This document shows positions 28,701-40,700 of a stretch of 64,000 nt of DNA, one piece after another (position 1 is the first letter of the stretch; every line of letters starts with the position of its first letter). Source of the stretch: Acanthaster planci (Eukaryota). Under the pieces are notes generated by a model. That model did no database searches. It had not been told where the DNA came from and saw only the letters and a list, made by a program, of their open reading frames with translations. The stretch covers positions 1,267,588-1,331,587 of the forward strand of contig NW_019091361.1 in NCBI RefSeq assembly GCF_001949145.1, written 5' to 3'. The position numbers and the translations under genes were made by a program.

Positions 28701-31700
28701 TTTACCTTTTCTCAGTTGCTTTCAATCTCTTTTATTGATGGTGTTTTTGCCGTCGGTTATTGGGCGTAATAGTTTCTATTTTGAGGATAAGTGTCCAAGG
28801 TTCTTGCAGCATTCATTGTTGACTTCAGTAGAGTTGCACTAAAACAATTCTATCTTGATGGGTAAGGTAAAGTGATGGACTTACCATTACATATCACGCC
28901 TGCGGTATCTTGGCATGGGTGCGCTGTCCCCCATGCTGAGATTGGACAGTCAGCCAGTCTGGTCTCATTACCAATGCACTGGGGGGATCTCAGCCAAACA
29001 GGGCCGCTACCCCGTCCGAAGAGGGAATAGTAGACTGGGGCTTCTGCTCCGTCGAAGCCCAACTGGTTGCAGATGACTGTTGCATCATTGATGCCCCATC
29101 CGGAGGAGCAGACAGTTCCCCACTGACCTCTGAAGAATATTTCAACTCGTCCAGAGGCATAGGACATACCGTCCACAAGACGAACTGGAAAGGTTTCATC
29201 TGCACAAATGTGTAAACCTAAATGTTCCACACCTCAAAGCTCTTATTTTTCAATTTTTGATTCATTTCAATTCCTATGATATAAATACATGCACATATGC
29301 TCCTTAATCTTGATAAAAAAAACATATATCAAACCATACTATCAAAACCAAATTCATGAGAGATGATGCCGTATGAATGCCTATGTATGTGTTTATGCTT
29401 TGATAGAGCTGTGAATCACACTGTAAGGAGGTTTGAGCGAGAAGCAAAGAATACCATGATTATCACTCGCTTTACCTACATGTAATTAGTCTGGCGTAAT
29501 TAGTCATACTTTCAAATACTATTGCATAGGTAGTCACCCGTTTGGCGTGGCCCTTAGTTTGGCACCCATATCACATTTTTTGAGAATATTATATTACCAG
29601 CAAGCTTAGTAATGTTGCAATTTGTTTTTAGTTTGGTTTATTGATAGCATTGTGCAGTCACATTGGGTACATTTTAAACAGAGCCTCTATCTAAAAAAAA
29701 ATGCAAACAGAAAGGGAAAAATGTTCCACATCAGACACGACAAAATGCATTCTTTTGTAAGTAGTGAATGGAAAAGTGTAACATTTTAACTCATACTCCT
29801 GATAATGAACTGAGTAACAAAGGGACTAAACTCAAACAGATGTATCACCAGCACCCTTTAAACTGCAGATACTCAGAAACCAATGTTGAAATCTAACCTG
29901 ATTGGCATATGACTTCCAAGGCAGCATTCCGATTACAAGAGTACAAGCCGGGGACATTTTGCTCCACAAGGCACTCTGCTAGTGTAGGTCTAGGGTCAGG
30001 GTCATGGCACGCTTCAAGCGAAATTTGTAATGGGCGTAACTCCTCCTCAGGGACGTTGCCAAGAAATGCAATATTGGGCCCCCGGTAGCCAAGGTGTCTG
30101 CAAACAACGTCAGCATCAGACGTAGTAAAGCCGTAATTGCAGATGCTGCTCCACTGTCCATGGAAGAACAATTCCACGTGACCCGATCTTGGGCTCGAGC
30201 CATTCACCAAACGAATTGAGAAATCTTCGTCTGAGAGGAAAAAGAGGACAATGACAGAATTACGGGTGCATGGCTCAAAGTGTTGAGTTTTGCACCTTTA
30301 CTAAATTTACGACACGTTGAACAATGGAACCCAATGATGAATACATCCTCAGTAATTCCTTAAACCTGAAATAAATCTCCGTCTGAATAAATCCTTGTAT
30401 CGCTTCGTAGGTAAAAAATTTCTTGTAGTTGCTCAATCGCACATCCCTTTGTAGTTGAAATTGATTTGTAGTACTTTCCGGCCAGGAGCGGCCGCACCAT
30501 TCATTGGGTCAAGCAATATACAGCACCTGATCAATGGTCAATCAATCACATGAAAGGGATTTATAGACCACTCTCATTTTACAAACAGTTTGCACTGGTG
30601 ACTAAAGTTTGCAGAAATCACCCTTTTCACAGGCTGTTTTTCAATTGTACCTCAAATATGTTCATGGAGTACACTTGTCTCATTAATTTGAAAGAGGATT
30701 GTATTTTCATTCATTAGTTAGGGCATGCTGGAGTTTGAAATTAAGTTGCTTGGGATTTTCAAGACTTTTTGACTTTGTTTTTTGTGCTGGTATAGTTTTT
30801 GCAGCCACTTGTGACACATAAAGAGCAGAAATATTGTGGCACATGTATTCAACCATGGCAACGCAAGGACATGAAGGAGGTTCAGTAATGCCTCATACAT
30901 TTTCACCTGATATTCTAATAATTACATCTTTACTGATAACTATACATAAAACATAAATAACAGGCATCCCGCCAATGAAAAAAGTAACGCTAGATAGAAA
31001 CAGAATATAATTGTCTGAACAAGCATTTTCCAAAAATAGTCCTTGTCTGGTATAGCTTATTCCATGGTTTGATTGATTATGGCTTGATTGGATACTAGCA
31101 ACTTCTGCTGCACATTTAAGCTGGAAGATCCTTTTGTGAAAAACATTCGTCAATTGTGTATTGATCGAAAAAAGAACACTAAGTACCTGCTTGGCAGATG
31201 ACACCTGCATGTTGATATGAAAAGTGAGGACAGAAATAATCAGGCTCTGATATACAATCAATCAGTCTATTCTCTTCCCCACTGCAGTTCACACCGATTA
31301 GTTGCTGAGAGGTTACGCCCTGTCCAAAGATTAGCCCCACAACGGCTACGCTCAAGCCGCTGGTGTAACCAAGCTGCCTGCACACCACTCGGGCCGCGTT
31401 GCTGTTCCAACTTCGGTCACACACTGTACGCCACTCGTCGTTGACAAATATTTCTACGCGGCCTTCTGTAGCGGATGAACCGTCAACAAGTCTGACAGGA
31501 AAGTCATCATCTACAGAAAGGAATTTAACACAGTGGAACAGATCTTGGACGCATGCAGAAACTGCACTATAAAGTTGAAATGTTGAAGCCAGCACTTTAC
31601 ATATATGCAGCCAGCAGCCACGATTCAAAATGCAGTCACTGAGTATTACTTGCATGTGTACGTGTGGTGAGTAAGTAAATTTTCAAAATGTTTAACCGAA

Positions 31701-34700
31701 CTTGTAAATGTTACGTCCAACATTTAAAGTGTTAATTCAACAATTTAAGAAGTAAATAACTTCACTTTTTGTAAATATCTTGATGGTACTATGCGAGGCT
31801 TTCGCGTAGACTGGACCCGAAGCCTACGTTGCATGCTTTACACATCTTGCCGCGACTTTTAAGCGACACATTGCATACATGCATGTGTCATTTCCAAATC
31901 GGTGTTCTGTCATCATCTAAGCAGATGGTCATTCAGCATTTGCAGGCCTACCCACAGGTACTCTACTGCAGGGAACCATACGGGCAGTGTTAACGTTAAT
32001 GAGGGCAGGTTAATTTGTGGTGCAATGTGCTTGGGGTGGGAGGAGGGTCTGCATCATATTCGATTGCTTGGTCAGTCTATTATCTCACCTGCTTGGCATT
32101 TTACACCAGCAACGTAAAGACAGGATGCACCCAAAGGACCCAGAGAACAGTCCGCAAGATTTGCCTCATCACCTGTACAGTCAACGTTGGTTAGATGAGA
32201 GGGTACATGTACCTCCCGTTGGTAAAGAATAGCCAGGAAGATGCTAGGACCGATATAGCCCAGTTGACGGCACACTACGCTGGCATCCATCTTATCCCAA
32301 CCGTCAGAGCATATAGTTCCCCACCGACCGTGAAGCATAACCTCAACACGGCCAGCCGTCACTGGCAATTCGTCATGTGCGATTTGGACCTGGTATTCAT
32401 CTATATCAAGAAAAAAAAAAGAAATTCAGTCCTACTCACTCTTACTACATCTGGGCCCATGTGGAGCATAGTGTTAAGGGCATCATTTTCAGTGTGTCCT
32501 AAGTGGTTGCTCTTTCATGTATTATTGCCAGGACTTGAAATTTAATTTTCTTGGACAATTCAGTTTGTTGTATTCAAGCAAAATCAGCCAAGTGTGCTGG
32601 AAAAGTTTAACCTGTCAGTTTCTAACCAACTGGTGCCTGCACCCAATCTGGTCATTAAAGTTTAATAAGCCTTCAGCTAGATTTTGTTGGGAAACCCATC
32701 CAAACCCATAGTTACAGCAGACCGCGCAAGATTAATTTACATTTTTTGCAACAATGGATGATTTTGAAAGGGAATTGGACGTGTAACCATGAAAGCTCCG
32801 GCTTTACTCAGAAAGGCAGGGCAGAATATGGGCATTTCACAATAGTGCACCTCCAAGAGTTTGCGATGCTTTGACCAATCATAGTGCACAAAATCTGTAG
32901 ACCTATATGTAATGCGCATTTGGAAAGGGTCGACAAATTTTGTGCATTGTGATTGGCCAATGCGTTGCAAACTCTTGGAGGCGCACTATTGTGAATCACC
33001 CCTATTTGAATCAGAATCTTTTATTTGATTCAGTGCCAGACAATTTGTTTTTCTTTTCTGGGAGATGCAGAAAAGCCGTTGTTCTTAACAAGATATTATT
33101 TTTGTGTTTTCACATTTTTCCGTCTGAAATCTCAAAGACTTTGTGCATGGTTTTATTTTTCTCAGTGGCACTTTGGCCAATTGAAAACTCAAGCCAAGTA
33201 GCATGCCAGTTTTGGTCAATTGTAAAGGTTGTTTTTTCATGAGCTTCAAGCCTGAATAAATTGAGACTTGCATTCATCCAGTGTTCTATAGGTTATGGAT
33301 AAATGTTACATGATGCAATGACGATGCTATTACTTTGTTTTTTAATAAATTAGTTTTATTTTAATTGTCTTATTCTAAACAAAGCAAGGTTTTCTAAAAC
33401 CCTTTTGCAAAACCTTTGAGTCAAAGCAAATTTGTACGTTTTGCAGAAATTACTGTGGTCATAATAACGTAATTGAAATGGCCAATTTTTGTTTTGCATT
33501 TATAATTTTAATACGAATTGATGATGTCATCAATGAATTTTAAATGAACTTTCATAATTCAGGTTTTCTGTAAAAAGTGTACTATTGGTTCTTAGATTAA
33601 TTTGAATCTTCACAGATATAAAGTCCTTAGTCCAGATTAAAAGAACTCAATGCAAAGACATCATGATAAAGTTGTCAAGTTACTTGACCTGAATTTCAAA
33701 AATTTTTAACTGACTCTTATCGATATTTTTACATGTTTGTTCTTACGGCAAACCCAGCTAGCAGGCTTAAACAGATTTTAAGAAGTGGAAAAAATCTTTT
33801 CATCTGTGCACAGCAACAACAAACTCTCTTCCTTTTTTCCTAATTTTTCTTTCTAAATTCCGCTAACTTTGTGCGTGATTCTTCAGGTGCATGCCACGTA
33901 CTGCGGCCTTGCAATTTCAAATCTTCAATTTCAGTCAAACTTGAGCTGAATCAAAGATTTTAGGCCGAAGTTGTGCACTGATCTGAAAGTAATGATGTCA
34001 TTAAGTGTCTGATTAATTTGTAGCTCTGCATTTAGAGTATGTGCATGGGTGATATTTGTTACGGGTGAAATCTTAGATGACACTTTGATTAAGTCATCAC
34101 TATTTTATATATTTAGATATTTTATTTTTCAATTTCATAGCTATTGTCAATCTGTCTGATCTTAATTCTTTTAAGAAGACTGTTATGTGGAACAGCGGCA
34201 CCTTTCACAGAAATATTACTAATTTATAGGATTTTTATAATGCCCTCTCCTGCAGGGCCCACCTCCTTGAGAGCAAATTACAACCTAAACACAGTAACAA
34301 TACATAAATGCACCTCTAACGGAAATGTTTGTGCTGTCATGATGACGCCATAAAAAATGCTTTTCTGCAGAAAACTGAGCATCCATTCATGTTAAATTTG
34401 GTGGATAGATGCTGTGCATCTTTTTCAATTTAGTGCATTGACATCATCGGTCGGTTTTTATTCTGGTTTGTATAACCATTTTTTAAAAATCATTTTCTTC
34501 CACTTGTAATCATTTTGACCTATCGCATTCAACTTTACCTAAAATATGTCGGAGTTGAAGTCCTCCGCGATTAGCAAGTATCGACTACAACAACATCAAG
34601 ATAATCAATGAGTAATTTTTATAAGGATTTTTAACCGACGCCCATTGACGTTTCAAATATTTTTCTTGTTGTTAAAGCATTTGGCAGAATAAATAATATT

Positions 34701-37700
34701 AATTAATCTAGAATGCAAGTAACGTAGTAACGTTTCAATTTCATTAATGTGTGAGTTTTTGTCATTTCCAAAGTTCTATCGATCTCTCATAGATTTGCAC
34801 ATGCCTTTTTCAACCTCGTTGCGCCTATGGGGTATCCAAGTTTTTACATGTGTTGTAGGTGGAAATTGAGATGATGTCATAATAACATCATCACTTCTAT
34901 TTCTTAAGATTTAGTTTCTTTCACGTAATTCATGGCAGTGCATGTATATATCTTGTACAAAATAAATCTCAAATTCTTTACATGGTACATGTATCTGTGA
35001 GACAAAGTAGATACGCACTCTATGTGGCCATTTTTTTGTGACGTTTGATGACGGAATCCAAACTGGCAATGTTTGCTTGGACTGTAAAGGAATATTTGAT
35101 TTTCATGAGAGGTATCCCGTACGGTATGTCTTCTACACTGCAACTATGAAGGGGCATTATGCTGACATCATCAATTGATGCTAAAAATACTGACTGAATA
35201 TTTAGTAAGTTGTCTCATAAGGCTTTGAACACATTTTTCAACGTTATACTTGTGTGTGTCTCTGCCAGAACAATGTCCTGTTCTTTGTAAATATCGGAAA
35301 AAATAACGCAGGAAAGCCCTTTATTTGTAAATGTTACCTGCTTGGCACATAACGCCAACAGTGTGGGAAGGACATGGAAGAACTCCCCAGCCACGAAAGG
35401 TGCAATCAGTCAGCTTAGTCTCATTTCCACTGCAGTGGATGTTATTCATGCCGTACATGTCCAAAGCTCCATGCCCGCCCGCAAAGAACCTTTCATTCGC
35501 CAGCACACTTGATCCGTCGTAACCCAATTGTCTGCAGATGACACGACCGTATGTTTGGTCCACGCTATCATAGTTTCGGCATACGGCCACCCAGTTTCCA
35601 TTGAAGAAAACCTCGACTAATCCTGACGTGTTCGAAGGACCGCCAACAAGTCTCACTGGGTGGTACTCATCTTTAAATATATAAAAATATATTATATTGA
35701 AGAGCTCTTAATCGTAGGAGGGTTTGCCCCGCCCCATCCCACAGTAAGTACATCCTTGGGTGGGAGAGGCAAGTTGAGAGTCCACCCTGCGTGCACAGTA
35801 AATGGCGGGTGGAGTCAAAAGGCTTGAGCGGCCCATTGAAAATGTTCAGAGGCACAAATTTGAACGTCATTTTCTCTCAGCTTCCGCACATCTTCCCCTT
35901 TGTCTTCGGAAAACCCGAAAGGATGTTACACCAAACTAAATAAAAAGCCTTATTATCTCTCTCCTCAAGCACACAAGGCCAAAAGAAATTAACAGAGCTT
36001 CTTTCCAACCATGTCCAATTAAATAGTTTTTACTTGACGGCACTACGCACCACTCATATCACAGGCGACCTTCAGACTGGTTTAGACGTTTCACCACTTA
36101 TGTCGTCCACCGAGAATGGTGGATGGTACCCTAACGTATAGCACAATTTGCTTTACAGCTCGCACAGAACGGAACCTAACTGATTTCTTTCGACCATGTT
36201 AGCTTCGAACAAAATTTTTCAAGTTTTTATTTTGCTCTCCAAAATATTTTCTCACACTAGAAAGTAACAGCTGTAATGATTTTAGAGGGTTTTCCGAAGA
36301 CGAAAGTGACAAAAGTGCAGAAGCTGAGAGATAATGACGTTGGAATTTGTGCCCCTGTATGTTTTCAATGGGCCGCTCAGGGTTTTTGCCTCCAGCTGTC
36401 ATATATGCGCATGTGCACATAAATTAAAGTTATAAGTGAACTGGTCTATGCCCTGGTAAAAACCAAACAATTAACTCACCTGCCTGACACACTATCCCAA
36501 CTGCAAATCCAGAGGATTCACTGACACTCATCATCTGGCAGTCGGCCAGGGTGGGCTCGTCACCTCTGCAGTCAAACTTGTATGGCATCATTACAGGTTT
36601 TCCACCATCCCCAAAGAAGTTCTGTGAGACAGTTACATTTTGTCCAAAATGGCCTAGTTGTCTACAGACAACGCTGCTCGCAGCGTCATCCCAGTAGTTA
36701 TCGTTCACGTTCTCCCACGAGTCACCATAGTTAACCTCCAAACGCCCCTGTTTACTTGACAGTCCATCGACAAGGCGAACTGCCAGGAATGCTTCATCCT
36801 CTGAGATGGAAATTTACCACATCTGAAAATCTTATTTAATCAAATAAGGAAGTATATCTGCAGATATCTTAATAATAACTTATTATGATTGCACACCTTT
36901 TGTAGCAAAATTAAAGTGTCATCATCTTTCTATCTGTGCTGATTTTGATCGAAAAGAAATCGTTGTGCGGCAGCTCCATGACCAGTGTCAAGACTACGCT
37001 CTCCTTGCCTGTCAGCCAACATGGATTCCTTCTACATCAGCCATGTACTGCCTACAGATCAGAGCACGAACAGAGCCTAAGGCACTTTCCCTGTTCTTTC
37101 CCTTTCTGTCTGATTTTTGGGGTGGGTCAGTTCAGTTGGTTGTTGGTTACTTTCCTTCTTTTTTTAAATTTTCTGCATGAGATAAGACCTCAATGTTCCA
37201 TGTTTTTCTCACTTGAGTCCTGTTTTGCTTTTTTCTGTTTCGGTCTAAATTTTTGTTTTCGGTTTTAAATGAAAAGAACTACATTCATTCATTTGGAAGA
37301 CAATTCAAAAAGTAATTTACACGAAAATCATACCAATTTGACAAGAAACGAAAACACTCCGGACACTCCTAGCTGCTAACCAACCACCTGATGAGCAGTC
37401 GTCAAGAGCAATTTCATCACCAACGCACTCAACACCCCCAAAATATAGAGGCTGGCGCTGATAAATCGAATATGACAGGGTTGGCCCGTGGAATCCCAGC
37501 TCACGGCAAACAACAGCGTCGTCTATCAAGGCATCCCAGTTGTCATAAGAAACGCCTCCCCAAATTCCTTGGAAGTTGATCTGGAGGACACCTTGTCGTT
37601 CTGATGTCCCACCATGAAGCCGGACAGGGAAATCGTAGTCTGTTCGAAAAACAAAATCAGCTAAATGAAGCCAGCATAAGTCGAATATGATGACAAAGGA

Positions 37701-40700
37701 AAATCTTTCTCTGATAGCAATACAAAGTACTGCTGTACTATACATGGTACTTCTAAAACATGGATCTGGCCAATACTAAAGGCGGACCACAGTGAAATAA
37801 ATGTCAGACCTAATGGGCTCATACAAAAGGATGCTGGAAACAACGCATCTTGCATTTTGGTGGCAATAATCACTTAAAGCTCGTTTCCATATTGACATAA
37901 AGAGATGCAGGCGTTGTCAAATGTCCACCGAATGGCAATGACGTGGAAACGTTTACTGCAACTGACCAAAACAGGGATGCAGGTAGTCAGCAAAGTTGGA
38001 CATGTTCAGCTCAGCCGACTTTCTGTGTCAAGTTGCGAGAGAAAGCCAAAAAAATAAACAAACATGTCTGAATGACAAGTGTGAATGTTAAGTAAGCACC
38101 ACACAGTTTACCCATTACTTCTTACTGCTACATGTACATGTAAAACAACGACGCCCGAGAATCAACAAATGAAATACATCCAAATTTGGCTTCAGGAGGC
38201 CGTACAACTACGAAGATGTTTCAGGCAAACTTTTTTTGAGTTTCGGAAGCCAATTTTGTTGCATGACGTCACGCGTCTCTTCCGTGACCAAACGTAGAAA
38301 TGGGCCCTTGTTTTGCAAAGATGCTCTGTTTGAATTGTAAGTAAAGAAAAATGGAAAAAAGTGAACTTTATTCAAAGTGCTTCTATGATTTAGTTTGGTA
38401 ATGAACCAGGCCTTCAAGCCCCCCCCCCAAGTTATTTCTACGTCACACTGTGGTACAAGTTCGGAATAGAGCCATAACTAGATTTTTGTTTGATTTATAT
38501 ATAGAGAGAGAGATAGATAGATAGAGCTTCCAATGTCCCTATTTGATCTAATGACCGATAGCATCGCGAATTTGCCTTGAAAAATCTCAACCCGGTTGCA
38601 CTGTGCCTCCATGGCACGGCTCTGTAGTGACAAATCCACCGGCCGTGGGGAGGGAGGGGGGAGGATTGCCCCCCCCAGACATGTTCATCCCTTGTAAGGA
38701 ATTCAAGACACCAACAGCTTTAAAATAGTACGGTATATAGTTTTGAGGGGTCTTTTACATATTGCATAATAAATCGGGTTATCGTTTCAGGACGAAAAAT
38801 TATTTGAAAAAAAAAAAATTCCCTTGAGTCACAAGATCAAATCATCGGTCAACAGAGCCCTCATCCGCCGAGCCTACAACATATGCGACCAAGAACACCT
38901 ACGCAAGGAACTCCACCACAACTCCACGGCACTCCAACGCAACGGATACCAGCCCCAGTAGATCAAAACTCAAGACCCAAGATCAAGTCCCCCTCCCGGC
39001 AGTCGGGCNNNNNNNNNNNNNNNNNNNNNNNNNNNNNNNNNNNNNNNNNNNNNNNNNNNNNNNNNNNNNNNNNNNNNNNNNNNNNNNNNNNNNNNNNNNN
39101 NNNNNNNNNNNNNNNNNNNNNNNNNNNNNNNNNNNNNNNNNNNNNNNNNNNNNNNNNNNNNNNNNNNNNNNNNNNNNNNNNNNNNNNNNNNNNNNNNNNN
39201 NNNNNNNNNNNNNNNNNNNNNNNNNNNNNNNNNNNNNNNNNNNNNNNNNNNNNNNNNNNNNNNNNNNNNNNNNNNNNNNNNNNNNNNNNNNNNNNNNNNN
39301 NNNNNNNNNNNNNNNNNNNNNNNNNNNNNNNNACATCTGGCAGCACCTGCTCACCTCCCGGTCAGATGGGTCCTCTATACCCTAGCCCCCCCCCACCCAT
39401 GGGTCTCCTATACCCAGGCAACCTTCCCCCACCACAGCCCATGACCAACTGACATGCATCAGTTCCCAGAAGGATCCACTGTTCCACCTGACTACACAGC
39501 AGGATCCGTCACACTCCAGTACCTCCATCCAGCATATATATAAGCCCCACTCCCTGTCGGCATCTCTTCAGTCTCCTGACGACAGACAGAGCACACTGTC
39601 CGAAACGTTGAGCCTCTCCGGTTCTTATCAGAACCACACAGACTCAAAAAGAGATATTGCACGGTGTTTACCACAAGCTTTCCATCTTAGTCACAAAACC
39701 TGCATGCCCCATTCATACACTACCAATGGCGTATCTAGAAGGGACAGACCTCTCATCAGGCTTTTTGACTTTCCTTGGATTGAGACGAGATTTTTTAACA
39801 GATGAAACAAAACAAAAAACCTGGACTATCGTTTTCAATCGACATTTTCCTTTTTAAACGTGTTTATTTTTTGGGGGGGAATCCCAACCTCCCCCCCCCA
39901 ACAAAAAAACTTATTACATCACTGCATGACTGTTACCTGTTTGGACGGCCGTCAGCAAGGGATAGGCCTACGCCTGGGCAGCCATGCAGGAGTGGGTCTC
40001 GCTGGCTTATCTACGGGTAAGCCTACAAAACAATATAATCAATTACAATCTCACCTATCTGACAGACAACACCCGCGTCCAGCACGTGATTTGATCCAGC
40101 ACCCCAACCGTCGAACGGGCACTCATGGAGGTGACTTTCACTGCCACTGCAGCGAACATTGGACATCAGAACAGAGCCGCTACCCCTACCGAAGTAAGCA
40201 CGCCCAACCGACGCGTTGCGCCCGTAGAACCCAAGTTGTCGACACACCACGCTGGCATCGGCGGGGTCCCAACCGTTACTGCCAACAGTCCCCCAATGGT
40301 CGTTGAAGAGGATCTCAACCCGTCCCTCTGTCGGAGAGGAGCCTTGTACAAGTCGAATGGGGTACTCACTATACCCTATATGTTTTGTTTCGAGGAAAGA
40401 GAAATTTAAACAAGAATGAACAAAAACGTGGGAAACATGAATTTTGTGGCCAGTTGCCACACGTATGTTTCAGCACACTGTGAAAAACCCTGGGCATTTT
40501 TTTTGCCCAACGTTAGGTACCAGCTGCAGGTGAATCGCTTAACTGTTAGGCAGAAGATCAAAATGCTGGGTAAAAAAGGTTTTAACAATAACATTTTCTA
40601 CAACCGTTGCGTAAAATGAGAAAGGTTTGCCCTTATTTTAGGAGAAAGTTGGGTAATCTCTTTGCCCAACAGTTAGGCAATTCACCTGGTCCCCAGGCTA

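Noticed and set aside
39935..40010. Possible Pro-rich linker exon after SRCR1
   Set aside because: In-frame TGA, and the intron would be only ~44 nt.
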